Origin: Ministeria vibrans ATCC 50519
Lineage: Eukaryota; Protista; Filasterea
Direction of reading: 5' to 3'
DNA length: 64,000 nt
Assembly: GCA_943704425.1 (NCBI GenBank)
Contig: CALSCP010001275.1
Coordinates: 1 to 64,000 of the forward strand
Of this stretch, positions 1 to 13,100 are shown in pieces. The notes below the pieces were generated by a model. The model did not search any database. It was not told the DNA's origin and saw only the letters and a program-made list of their open reading frames with translations. How positions within the stretch are numbered: the first letter of the stretch is position 1; the number at the start of each line of letters is the position of its first letter. The position numbers were made by a program, and so were the translations under genes.

Positions 1-60
1 AAGCGACGCAAACAGCGACAGATTGCACCCACGACAGTCGCAATCTTTTTTTTTTCCGAC

Positions 61-264
61 CTTCAATTCTGACATGACCGCTCGCGTATCGCCTCGAACC
101 ACCAGACATCGATCAGAGTACTCCTCGAGGCTCAACGTGGAGTGGACGACTGCCGCATTCCCGTCGACCTTGGCGCGTTTCGCAACTCCTTCCTCGTCTG
201 AACCATCGAGAAACACTGTTGATCCTTTTCGCTTTGGCTTGTCTTCCCCACCCTCGTTGCTCAT
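61..264 (-). CDS. First exon of a gene continuing off the left edge; basic NLS-like N-terminus followed by a YSxR..VRGDT motif
   Basis: Manual translation (not in the ORF track): ATG at 264 gives MSNEGGEDKPKRKGSTVFLDGSDEEGVAKRAKVDGNAAVVHSTLSLEEYSDRCLVVRGDTRAVMSELK, 68 codons, followed by a phase-0 GT donor (AAG|GTCGG) at 60. Confidence 0.65.
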
Positions 265-439
265 GGGTTGGATCAGCAATCACTGTATCTCGTATGCAAA
301 GATTGGTAACCTCACAATGAATAATAAAATGAAAGAAAGTTCACAGTCGGAAAATCATTGAACACACTAAAAAAAATTAAAAAATAGTCAATCAATTTCC
401 CTTGTACGATCCTAGGCGGAGCATCCATCGTCGCCCATC

Positions 440-2612
440 ATGGAGATGGAACGACCTCGTCCTGCGGCGGGTACAAAGAAGAAGCGAAAGCCCACAGCGG
501 CTCGGTCGACCGTAAATGTCGCCACAACTTCCTCCGACCCAACGCCGCCCGATACCGCCCCTTCCGCTCCAGTCGCACCCGCTGACAGTGCGCCGTCAGC
601 TCCCCCGGTGGACGACACTCCCGTCGCCGTGCACACCGCTGTTCTCGACGAGAACGAAAGTTTCCCCAAACCCCTCGACGACGAAGCGGTCGAACCCACT
701 GCGCCCACGGCTCCCTCGCCTTCTGTCGAACAGCACCAACAGCTTGGACTTGTCGAAGACTACTATCGAGCGGAGACGCTCGACGGCAGTGGCGACGCCT
801 TTGCTGCTTTACGCGAAGACGCCTCAGCACCTCCTCCTCCCTCTCTCGAACAGCCCTCGGCGCCCTCCGCAGCGCCCCTTTACCCGTCCTTGGAGATTGT
901 CGACGATGAACCCAGTGCTCTACCAGCAGCGCCGCTGATGGCGGTCACCTCCACACCCGTACTCAATGATGCTGCTGCCGCTGCTGCTGCTGCTGCTGCA
1001 GATGCTGTCGCGCCCCTTGCTGCCCCCACCATGCCCGTATTTGCCATCACGCGGGCCCTCAGCGACGGCGATCGAGCTGCCATCTACACCAACCGTCAAC
1101 TGGCTGTGCACGACGACTTTGTCGCGGACTTTTTGGGGGCTACGTCGCGACGTGAAGATCCCTTTTTCGCCCTGCTCGATCGCTATCGACGCGCCTGTGA
1201 CGCCTCTATTGTTGCTGAACAGTGTGTGTCCACACTCCAGCGTGACTGTCTGCGAGTCGAGGAGAACGTCTGGACGTCACACGAGCTCAGCGAAACCGTT
1301 TCAGGTCAGTGCGGCGATCAGCGTACCGTCCAGGCTACGGTCGAGCACCACTGGGCCGAAATCAATCCGTCACGTCTCGCCGAATTTATCGTGGGTCAAC
1401 AGGCCTATCGCTCGGCTCTCGGCAGCGATCTGGTTGCCGCACACTCCGAATGTGACCTCGTCCGTGCCGAAATCCACCATTTTCTCGCCTCCTTTCTCAC
1501 CTCCAACGCCCCCTTCAACGGTCTCACCGCCAGCTCGCCCATCGTTGCTTATCTCGTGCCTAGCGCCTCCGCCGCCGATCACATCGATCGCCTTCACGTC
1601 TACATCGATGCTCTCTTTGCCTTTGTTCGTGACGACCCCCACCACTTTTGCGACGGCGAACCATCCGATGCGTCGAGTCCCCACGAGACGGCCACCACAC
1701 AGTTTGTGCGCACCCTGCGTGCCTGGATTCGCATTGCGGTCTCGGCGCTGCTTCGCGTCGCCACCTACGACGATCACAAGTACCTCTTGCACCACTTTGT
1801 GCGCTGTCCCGGCATCGCTCATTGGGGCGCCGACCTCCTCCAATTTCCTCCTGTCGTCTCCGACGAGGACGTCGACCACTTCACCACCATGCTTCACATT
1901 CTGCTTCACCCCGACAGCACCCCCGATACACCCGCACGCTACATTCGCCCCCACAGTGCCTCGTCAACGTCCCGCGCAAATTCCGAAGGCTGGCTCCTTC
2001 TCGACACTCCCGCCAGCCCGGACGACATCCCTCCTCTCTCCTCCGCCACCGTTCACGTATCGGGCGGCGATGGGCTCGGTGCTTCGGCAGGTGTCTTCCT
2101 CGACAACGGCGACTTTTGTGCCCTTCTCGATCAGTTCCCCTTCACCCAGCTCTTCTCGTACGTCATGAACATCGAAGTACACTCCATCGTGGCCCAGTCG
2201 CACGTCGCCGACCAGGGCCAGTCCGCCGCCGGCCTCATGCGTCTCCTCGTCTTTGCCCGTCACTACATCGATCAAATGTGCATTGTCTTTATGCGCCTCG
2301 ACGCCTCCCACTACTCGCAGGTGCTCAAACGCGTCGCTCGTGCCATTGCCGAGTGTGTTCGCTTTCTTGCCGTCCACTGGCAGGCCTTCCAGCTCTCGCC
2401 TGTCAGTGTTCAGGATGCCCAACTCAACGGACCCTCCCTAGACAAGCTCAATGCCGAATTCTCGTCGCTCTTCGAACACACCACCGAGATCTTTGTCGAG
2501 GCTCGGCGTCTCGGCGTCTGGCAGTTTATGGTCGACTTGCCGTTTGGCTCGGTCAACGACCACGTCGCCTGGCGTGTCTTTGCCCTTCTGTTTATCGGCC
2601 AGGACAACGACA

Positions 2613-2644
<32 letters not shown>

Positions 2645-5600
2645 ACAATCTACGCAGAACAACGCAACACGGGCAATGGCACCACTCGGGGCGACCATCG
2701 GATGAACTTACGCGACCGACACGCCACCGCCATCTACCGGAACCCCTCTGCTTGCGCTGCTTTCCGCGACGCCTTCCTTGACCGCCTTGTCGTCCTCGAC
2801 GCCAACGAGTCTGTCTTTTTCTTGCACACCCTCGCCGCGCTCGCGTCCACCAAGAGCACAGCTCGTCCGCTCCCCTCGCAACAACACCTTGCCTCCGTCA
2901 TTGCCTGCGAACTCTTTCTCTCCGTGTACCTTGCACCACGTGCTCCCGAGCTTCTCTACAAGCCCACCCGCGAGGCACTCAGCATCGTCACTCGCGCTCA
3001 CCCACACACCCTCTCCCTTCTCTTTGCGCACACCGCGACCAACGTCGAGCGTCTCGGGGGCGCCGCCCTTTACCTCTTCCAGTCACTCGACTACTCCGGC
3101 TGGGTTCCCTCCGACGACGACTTTTCCAAACTCGAGCGTCTCCTCCTCGAAGACCACCAGAGTGTCGCCAGTGAATTTGCCCGTCTCGTGCTCAGTCACA
3201 TTGCCTGGCGCACACTGCCCCAGGCACTCCACCGTCGCACTGCGCTTATTGTCGTGAGCGCCTACAACCAAGCACTTCCCGAGGACACACACGGCACCAT
3301 ATTGTCACAGGCAAAGCACCTCACACGCACTGTTCTTCGTGGCGGCCTCAAAAAATTTGTCATTTGGTGTTGGGACTTGGTGCTCAGCTTGCGATTACGC
3401 TTGACAGCGGTCACCGCCGTGCGCGAACCCGACCTCAGGCCTTTACATCACTTGACAGACCCCGACGTGGGCTCGCTGGTGGCCGCAGCGCGCACTCGCC
3501 CGCTCGCCGCCTACGTCACTCTTCAGTGCACCTTTTGTGGCTACTCAGCACGCGAATTCGTTGACCTAGGTTTGCCCTGCCTTCAGCTGTTACTTGACTG
3601 GAACCGTGGCGATGCGGCCGTGAATGTGCTCGACGGCTGTCGCGATCTCTTTGCCTCGCCAGCGGGTGCTCCCATCTTTGACGAACCCGCCTTCCTTAAG
3701 TGTGTCATCACCCTAATTCATCCGGCATCGCCTGTCGCCCAAGTGGGCGCTCAACTACGTCGACTCGGCGTTGGCTTCGACAATGGCGGCGATCACCCGT
3801 GCACCGCCGACTTTGTTGCCATGGTGGCGGATCACGCGCGTCATAGTCGCCAGCTCCTCTCCAGCTGGCTGCGCACCGTGTCGCTTGTGCCCAGTTGGCA
3901 CCAGCTTGATCTTGGTCGCGATCTGGTCGAAGTACTCCTCAGTGCCTGTCCTGCCAATCAGCCAGAGTTGTGGGCGATTGCCGATCAGTTTGTCATCTCG
4001 TGTCACGACGGACTCGTTGATGCGTCCGTCTCGCAACAACGTGCGCGCCAAAGGAGCCTGGTGGGCACCCTTGTCAGTATGGTCTCGTCCGCTACGTGCC
4101 CCCCGTCTCTTCTTGATGCCCCGGCACTTTCGCTAAGCTCAATCAATGCCAAGGGCTGCCACCTCGACGTCCGCCGCCCCTATCTTGCCTTTCATGCGCT
4201 CTCCGCTGAGGCGTCGCGTGAGCAAGCACTGCGCGAGCGTTTTGTCAATCAGGCGCGCAAAAGCCCCGAGGTCATGGCCAAGGCGGCCGGTTACACGGGG
4301 CCCCTCGATGCTCTCTCCATCTACAAGTGGCTTCGCTATACTGTCGCACAGCCTCTTGACAGCCCCTTGATTACTTTTTTCTGGCAAGCCTTCTTCATGC
4401 TTTTTCTCAAGCCAGGTATGCGCTATTTTTTCACAGGCCGTCAACGCGAACAGCTCATCGAGAGCACGCGCAGTCGTCTTAAAGCGCTTACCAACGAGCT
4501 GCGCGATCGTATCAACCACGAGCCGGCCGAGGCGGGCTCGTCTGCGGCCGCCGGCGATCGTCCTAGCGACGTCGCGAGCGCACGCGAAGAGGTTGCCATG
4601 AAAAGGCGCTCGCGTGCACTCCATGGCATATTCGCTACCATGATTGTCTGGCTCAACGAATCCCGCCTGCACTCGCCCGAATTTAACATTAGTACGCTAC
4701 CGTCGACCTTTGACGTACCTCGTCTTGTTTCCGTCATGCAAGCGAATCCCTTTGACCGACGGCACACCTTTGAGCCGCTCGCGTACGCCTCCATGCTGCG
4801 CTCTGTCTTTTGGTTTGATCTTGCTGGCGACCCTTTGGTGCCTCTCCGTCTGCTACCCCTCGCCCAAACCTACCCCATGCTTGCCAACGACACGCGACCC
4901 TGGCGACACGAATCGGACCGAGACGACCGTGAACCGCAGCAACAGCAGCTGCAGCTCCAGTCTGATGTTGCGACGGACGCGGGAAGTGCCAGTGAGGCTG
5001 CCATCGACACGATAGCGACCCTTCGCGGCCTTGTGGTGGGCAACGTTGCTGTTGCCGCCACGACGTACACGTCTCCGCGCGTTGCGGTGCCTCTTGTAGA
5101 CCTGCGCGCCTGTGGCACACCCGACGAAATGGTCGCGCATGCCACTCGCGATGTACAAGTGGTGCTTCAGAGTGCCGGTGGGTTTGCTGCATTGCGTGCT
5201 GAGCTCACCAGCCTTGATGCAGACTACGCAGCAGGTCTTGAACATCTTTTCCACAACTCAACGACGCCCGTGGTGCTTCAGGTGCCTTGCAAGCCGTGGG
5301 GCAAGCACACGTGCATACGTGCCGCTCAAATCAACGCGAACCGTCGTGAGTGCACGCGTGTTCCTGTGGTTGTCAGTCGTCTGGCGGCGACCCGCGAACA
5401 GTCGCTCACGACGGCACGCCGTCTGCGCGACCTGCGTCCCATCAATGCTGTTCACGCCTCGCTGCGTCTTCTCGACTTTTGCCGCACGCTTGTCGACACG
5501 TTGGAGCACACGCGTCACTTGCAACAGCGGAATATGGCACGGAGTACGGGCGATGAGGAGCACGCGCAACACTGTGCCGAGGCGGCTCGCCAGGTGTTCT

Positions 5601-8347
5601 TCCACGTGGCTGGAACACTCGACGCGCAAGTGCGCTCGCACGAGAGCACACGGATCATTCTCGAGCGCGTGATTTCCATGCTGGGTCTTGCGGCCGTGGC
5701 GACGACGCGTGGCGAGCCTGCGCGTCTCATGCAGTTTCTCGAGGCACACACGGACCGCGTGACTCTGTTGGCGCCCTACTTCAATCCGATTGTGGACCCG
5801 GACCAGCTCGTCGCGCTGTACCGTCGCGTCTCGTCAGCTCACACTTCACTTGGCGTAGGCGGGGTCTTCCTCCTGCTCGGTCGCTTTGACATTGCCGCCT
5901 GGCTTGCCCTGCCACTTGCGCCCAATGAGCGCGTGCGTCTCCTCAAGTGTGTGGTGCGTCAGATGCGTCGGTTTGGTGCGCAAGTGGCCGTTGAGCTCAA
6001 GGAACTGCACACTCGCCACCGTGAACACATGCGCATTGTGAGCGCTTTCCAGTTTCCATCGCATGTGGGCGATGCGCTTGCGGCTCTCGTGGATGTCTCG
6101 ACCCGCGGAGAAATTCTTCCCGAGTGCTGGTCCGATCTATTGGGTCTATTTCAAAAGACACGCGTGAACGAAGACAGCAGCAGCGGGGGCGAGCAACTAC
6201 CGCCTCCCTTTGTGCTGCACTTTGAAGAGGCAATGCGACTCGCCGAGCAGCTACACACGCTGCTGTCGGCGCTGCGTGCCTCGCGGGGCCACCTCTACGA
6301 CGAGTGGATTCCTTACCTGGGTAGTGTCGCTGAGCTGTCGGAGCATCTCGTGTCGTTCCCGTTGTCAGCCCTGACCAATGTGCGCGATGGCAACGCAGCA
6401 GTGTCTCGCTTTGAGCAAGTCTGGTCTACCGCACTGCTTCTATACGGCCCCTGGCTTGCCATTGACGACCGCGGTCGCGAGCCATGGAGCGGCCGGCGTG
6501 TCAATGGGGTGGCTGCACGTGCCATGGCCAAGTCTTTTTTGCGCTGTGTTCAGCCACTGCAGCACTATGATTTGCTGCGTGACCGTGTCCTCTCGTGGCT
6601 CTCGCTAAACGTGTGCGCCGGACTGACCAGTCATTGCTTGGTCCTTGTGCAAGAGACGCTCCTGGAGCTGTCGTGGGAGGCATGGGACGTCACGGTGGAC
6701 ACTGTGGTGGCCAGTCTTGTGTCCTTTGTCGAGAACGGTCCGTCCGAGTGCGCCTCGTTTGTAGCGCAAGTGATGTTGCGCATGCGCTGGACTGGCTATG
6801 TCGAAGGACTGGTGCGTGTGGGCGGCCAGCAAGCGTCGGACAGCCTCATTCAGCTGCTGCGTGTGTTGCTATGGGTGACCACTCACAACGTGACTGCCGA
6901 CAAACTCTTCAGTCAGTTTCTGGGACGTCTGACGGGCATTGGGATTGTCGGAGGATGTGGCGCGCCGGGCGAGACGCCCCGTCTGCCTTGGCGCCTTCTT
7001 GGCGACCAGGCATATGAGACGATTGCTCGCTCGCGAGCCTACCTGGCTCCCTCGGATGCGGCTGCAGCGAGTGAGCGCGGCACGCGTACCTCGTATATTG
7101 TGGACCTGATGCGAGTGGCGGCGCAGTCGTCGTATGCCAAGACGCTTGCCTACGTCGAACTGTGTGTGTCCATTGTCGGTCCCGCCGTGGACATTCGTCC
7201 CGAGACCTTTTCCGCGCTCACGCGCCCACTTATGGATACCATTGCCGAGTGCGTGACCAACGAGAGCCTTGGGGTTGACGATGATCGACGTGTTATGATC
7301 TGCCGTGCAGTGCTCAACATGGCCAATCTGTGTGCGGTTGTCGAGGGTGCGGCGCGCGAGGGTGCACTCAACGCCATTCTCGGCGCCGTATGCTTTGGCA
7401 TTCGCCAGTGTCCGGTGCTTGCGCTCCCTGCGCTGCGAGCTGCCTGCAAGCAACTGAGTAGTGCCCACCGTATTCCGTGTGTGGTCGAAACCTGCTGTGA
7501 GGTGTACTTTGCGAGTGGGGGTGGCCCAGCGTCCACCTCGTACGGCTGGTCGGCGCTGTGCGAGCATCTTGCTGTGCCCGAGCTGTCCTATGCCGAGTTT
7601 GTCACCGACTGTGTCTCGTCGGGCTGTCCGCTCACGTTACACGCGCACATGATGCAAGTGGTGCAGCAACCCAGCGTTGCCGACTCCAACACTGTCGGAC
7701 GGACGCCGCCGGCGGTTGCATCGACGTTGTTGCGCTGGGCGTCTGAGTCGGCACGCCCGCGTCCCGGTGTCGAGGACAAGTGTGTGCTTTTGTGGGCGCT
7801 GTCGTTGTCGCACGTGAGTCGCGTTGTAATTGAGAATGGCTGGGAGATGCATCACTTGCGCGGTGAGCTGAGCAATGCTGCGACGCTATTGCGCAAGTGC
7901 AGCGCAGATCGCGAGTCGGGCGGCATTTTAGGCACCTTGGGCTTTGGCAGCAAGTCACTTTTTAGCGCCGAGTACCGTGCCTTTTGCCGCAGCTGTGCCT
8001 ACTTTTTGACGACTCTGCTGCCCATATCTGGCTCGGTCATTGTCACCAGTGAACAGGCGGCCGCCATGCATGCCCTGACATTGACGAACGGTGGCAACAG
8101 TAGTGGTGGTGGTGGGGGTACGTCGAGTGGCGCCCAGTTTCCCGCGGATCTTCGCCAAGACATGGACTTGTTCTCAACGGCAGCACGCAAACACGCGGCT
8201 AGTCCCTTGGGACGAGTTTCGTCGGTGATGTCGCGCTACACGGGAGCGAATGGGGGGCTTGTGAATATTCGTGCGTTTATTTGTGACATTGTGCGCGTCG
8301 TCTATCCTCAACCCCTTCACTTTTTAGATGTTATCAAACAACAATAG
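440..8347 (+). CDS. EPG5: Ectopic P-granules protein 5 homolog (autophagosome-lysosome tether), single exon, 2635 aa
   Basis: Size matches EPG5. It has a Pro-rich N-terminus with PLYPSL and recognisable blocks: VSGQCGDQRTV, LLRVATYDDHKYLLHHFVRCPGIAHWGADLLQFP, LDQFPF, WQFMVDLPFGSV, IYKWLRYTVAQPLDSPLITFFWQAFF, GILGTLGFGSKS. Confidence 0.88.
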
Positions 8348-8457
8348 TGTACAAAACGCAATGAAGAGAAAGAAGAGAAAAAGAAATTAAACCAACTAGA
8401 TGATAGCAATTGAATAAACCGTTTGCTTTGTTCAAGTGATAATATAATTGAGAGTGT

Positions 8458-9052
8458 CTATTTCATTTGGGCGCGAATGCGGTCAATGTCCTGCACAATG
8501 TCACCGCGGTGGGAAGATGCAGCACGTGTGCGGATCATTTCCAGCAGACTTTCGTCCTTGCTACTAAGCGCCGACTCCATAGCCTCTGTATAGTACCTGA
8601 CGAGATGGAGATGAACCGAGGAGTGTTGGGAACTATTAGTAATAAATATTATATTATATGTATGTTACCCTTGATCGAGATACACTACGACGCGTCTGTC
8701 CACCGCCAGTTTTGCAATGTACTTTTTGATCTCTGGTCTGGGCGCACCTTCGGCAATACAGAAATCAACCATGGGCTACGACAAAAAAAGGGGGTCAGAA
8801 ACGAGAGGGGGAGCACACGAGTAGGGGTCTCCTGTACCTGATACCCAATGGGCGATTTGGACTTGGACTTGACAAATGTGTCGAGTTCCTTCCAGTCCTG
8901 GACTTTTGCACACGCGCGCACTTTGATCCACCAGAAGCGCACGTCGGGCACACCAAACGTCTTTCTGAGCTCCTGTGCGCGTTTAGGAAAGTTGAGCAGC
9001 AAACAGCGGTAAATGGTGTCGGTGACACTGAAGCCCAGGAAGTCATTGCCGG
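8458..9052 (-). CDS. Vps16 C-terminal-domain-like protein (HOPS/CORVET; a VIPAS39-like identity is not excluded), last three exons
   Basis: Spliced translation: FLGFSVTDTIYRCLLLNFPKRAQELRKTFGVPDVRFWWIKVRACAKVQDWKELDTFVKSKSKSPIGYQ / PMVDFCIAEGAPRPEIKKYIAKL...YLDQG / YYTEAMESA...RAQMK*. This matches the Vps16 C-terminal signature (F.VP..R.WW.K..A...W......KSPIGY.P). Introns are GT-AG. Confidence 0.75.
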
Positions 9053-9145
9053 CTAAAGGAGAAAGCACAGTGCATGTAAATTGATAATAACAAAACGAAA
9101 TAAATAATTATTATTATAATTATGAGAAAGGAAAAAAGAAACAAA

Positions 9146-9149
<4 letters not shown>

Positions 9150-9229
<80 letters not shown>
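9150..9229. repeat. (AG)n microsatellite in an intron
   Basis: About 80 bp of perfect AG dinucleotide, followed by purine-rich degenerate repeats to ~9430. Confidence 0.95.
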
Positions 9230-9230
<1 letters not shown>

Positions 9231-9438
9231 GAGGGGGAGAAAGAAACAAAGTGGCGGAGGGAAAAAGAACAAAGTGAGAGGAGGGAGAAAGAAACAAAGT
9301 GATAGAGTGAGAGGAGAAAGAAACAAAATGAGAGAATAAAAAACAAAAACAGAGTGATAGAAGAAGAAAATGATAGAGAAACAGTGATAGATTGAGAAAC
9401 AACGTGATAGAAAGAGAGAGAGAGAGAGAAAGACATAC

Positions 9439-9827
9439 GCGCAGGGGGGCAGGTTGTGCCCGCCCACATTGACCAGCCACGGAGGGCACCAGCGAGAGGG
9501 AAACTTGGTCACTTTGAGCACGCGCATTTTCTCGCCCCACGCGTCCGGCCGGGGCGGGAGAGGGAAGTCCAGGTTCCAGTAGGACTCAACACCGAGCTTG
9601 TCATCGGTGGGCAGCATCCACGCGTCGCACGACAGTCGTGTCAGGTCGTTGTGGACGACGAAAACCTGCAGGAAGGAACGATGATGGGTCTGCGCTGTTG
9701 CACGCGCTCTTACGTGTCCCGGTCCGGGCGGGATGAGTCCTCGATCAAGCACAGCATGCTCATCAATGGCATGCGTCGAAGGCAATGGTGACGGGGGCGT
9801 TGATTTGGCAGCAGGTCGTCGTGACAT
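9439..9827 (-). CDS. Probable first exon (MSRRPAAK...NLPPCA) of unknown function; its link to the Vps16-like exons is unresolved
   Basis: GC-rich coding-like segment between AT-rich flanks, with ATG at 9827 and a GTATGT donor at 9438. The donor phase does not match the next acceptor. Confidence 0.45.
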
Positions 9828-10119
9828 ACCAATAAAAGTAGTCTGTAGTTCGTTATTATTCAAGGCGATCAAACTTTCAAAAGATTGTGTTGTCGCTTTT
9901 CGTTTGTGACTGATACTAAATAGGAAATGTCTTCTTCTTCTTCTTCAAAAGATTATTCTTCGCCCGGGTGTCGCCCGTCATGTGAACACCAGCAAAACTG
10001 TAAAACATGATTGAACATTAGAATATTTAATGTACTCGACCAGGCTCTATCTAAATTCGTGTGATTTCCTATGTATTCCTCTCCATTTTTTATTTTTGTC
10101 TTTCACACCTCTTTCTCTT

Positions 10120-10155
<36 letters not shown>

Positions 10156-10179
10156 TCACTCGCTCTCTACTGTCCTTGC

Positions 10180-13100
10180 TTAGAGGAAGTCAAGCACCAG
10201 TTGATTCACAACCTTGCTCGCCACCTCGCTGGCCACCTGCTTAACGATACCCTCTGACGCAGAGGCACCGGTAGCAACCTCCTCGAACACCCGTGACAGC
10301 GCCGTCACATCACCTGCGTTATGCATTTGACCATTCAGCTGTTGTATCGCCGGCACCAGCTTCGCCCCATTGGTTCGAAAGGCCACACCGTGAGCTGTCA
10401 ACTTGCGTCCCTGCATCGCCGCTTGAAGCGCTCGCGTGGGCGGCATTGGGTCGTCACCACACTCGCCATCCGTCATAAACACCAGCGTCGTGACAAATGC
10501 ACTCCCAGTACCTACCATCAGTTCTTTTGCGTTGTTCAACGGTGGCCCAAACATGGTACCACCACCACCGTACGAAAACGTATTGGGCATGCTCACAAGG
10601 CGCTCACGGGTGTGTGTCACGCGTGCACTCGATCCAAACTGCACAATAGACACAATGTCTTCGCCACCCTGATCGCCCATCCGGCGGTCCTTGAAGCGTT
10701 TCCACGCATCACACAGATCGCCCCAGGAGTTGCTCATCGAGCCAGACTCGTCGAGACAGAACACAAAGTGGTGGCGCACCGTGTCCACCGCATCCGCCGT
10801 GAACAGATTGACCCCAATCATCCGTCGCGCTCCCTTGACCGTCTGAAGCGCCGCCTCAAGTGCGTCCTCCAGATGTGCTGTGGCCGACCGCACACCTCCA
10901 CGCGACTGTCGAATTCGCCCAAAGAACACTTGCACTCCGTGATTCCACTCGGCCTCGCTCCGCACATTGCCCATGTTTGCCAGAAGTTGCATTGCCTCCA
11001 GGCCCCTTCCTTGCTCCCCACTTCTCGTGTCAGGGAAGCGACCTGTGTCGCCATTAAGATCGCCGTGACCTGGCGCGTCCGTTGTCACCAGAAGAAGCTT
11101 GGCCCGCGATCCCCATGAGAGCTTGCGTGCTGCCGCGAGCAGCGCATCGCCCACGTCCTCGGGCAGATCCCCGCCACCGTAGGCCGTCAGACCCTGCACG
11201 CACTGCACAAACGACTTGCCTTCCACCGTTCGGTCGGCCTGCAACACCGTCCCGTCGGGCCCGGTGTGCTCGTACACATGCATGAACGGCACCTCCTCCA
11301 ATACCGCGTCTCGGAAGGCCACAAGGGCACAGCGCATCTCCACCTGCAGCCCCGGCATGCTCTTCTGCACACCCGGCCTGATGCTCGCCACCACATCGCA
11401 AATGTCCTTCTTGATGTGCTCAAGGAAGGGCCGCATGCTGCCACTCACATCCACAACAAAGCACAGATCGACCGTGACCGCACCCGGTGCACTCCCCTGA
11501 ATCAGCGTCGCATTGCGCTCGCCCTCCATCTTGCTCTCGAGCTCCTTGAACACCGACTCCGCCTCGCGCAGCACTTCATTCAGTGCCTCCGCACCCGCAC
11601 GTACACCGTAGCTCTTGGTGGGTGCAACCATTCCGTCCGGCTCACCATCCTCCTGGTCAAACACAGCTCGAAGGGCGGCAGGAAGGGCAGCGGGAATCGC
11701 TGCACGTGCCCACTTCCCGTATGCGCGCTCCACACGAAGGCGATCGTAGCCAACACCGACACCAATCACGTCAACGGCGGACCCACCGTCGTCACCGCGT
11801 GCGCGCCTCAACACTGCCGTGTGCTCCCACGGCGTCAACGAGTAGCCGTCACTCAGCACAAACACATGCTTGGGCCCACGCACGCCGCTACCGGACACAA
11901 GGTCACACGCATACGCAATCGCCTCCGTGTCTCGCGTCACCGTCTCGTCGTCGCCAACGCGCACGTGCTCCATCACAAGCAACTGCGTCACCTCGTCCCA
12001 CGCATCCGACATGCGCTTCAGTACACGCACCTGCCGTCCCGCCTGCACCACTGCCACATTCTCCACACCCACTTGCGCCAGTGTCGCCACAAGGACCAGC
12101 AAGGAGTCAAACGCACACTGTGCCAAGTGACCCTGCATCGACTGCGACGTGTCCACCACAATCGCAACTGCATAGTCACGTCGACCTCCCGTCAGCTTCT
12201 TCGCCCAAATCTTCTTGTAGTTCCAGTCGGTCGAAAACGCCTTGATGAGTCCGGGAAGCGACAGTGCCGTACCCGTCAGCGCAGGCTTGGGCCGCGTAAA
12301 GCGATTGTGCGGATACACAGTCTCCTCAAAGACCGTACTCATCTCGTTCACCTCGCCGATCACACGGCCCATCGCCTGCGCCCACAACTGTTGCACATGC
12401 TGCAGCAAGTGCAACTCACCCTTTGCCGCCCGTCGCTCAATGTGCTCGCGAGCCACGTCGAGCGCTTGCAAGTGCGCCTCTCGCGCCGCAATCTCAGCCT
12501 CGCTTGCTCTCGAGGCAGGCTCCACCGTCTCATCCAAAGCATTTCGACCCACCTTCCACAACGCATCCAAAGAGCCACCGGCACCCTCTTCCTTTGCCTT
12601 CTCCAGCGACAATCCACCCACAGCAACCGCCATCTTGTCCAATCTCTTCTCCTCCTGGGACAGTTGCTCCTGCGTGAGTTGACCAAAGTCGACAAATGCG
12701 CCAAAAGGCGTTGTCCGCTGCGTCTCCGTTGTTGCCGGTCCCTTGCCCATACCCTTGGAGTCTCTCTCTTGCACCTGCTCAATCGTCTTGGTCACACGCT
12801 TCTCCACCAGTGCCAGCAGACATTTCGCCAATTCCTCCGCACGATGCACTTCGCTCACATGAGCAATGTTCTTGATGTTCCCCAGAAATTCGTTCGCGTT
12901 GTCAGGCAACCTGCCATGGCCACACAGAAGCATAAGCAAACTCAGCTCGGCATTACACCTCGTCAGAGGTTGCTTGTAGTTCACAGTTTCAATCTCCTCG
13001 CTCACTCCATCCGTGATCATCACAAACACTCGGCGACGTTCCACCTGTCCCCAGTCTGGCAGTGTCGCCTTCTCCTCGTCAACAATACGCGCCCAGTACT

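Noticed and set aside
9043-9540. ORFs with LSLSLS or ERERER runs (also 39010-39423, 45635-46157, 61700-62195, 63240-63629)
   Set aside because: Translations of intronic AG/CT microsatellites.
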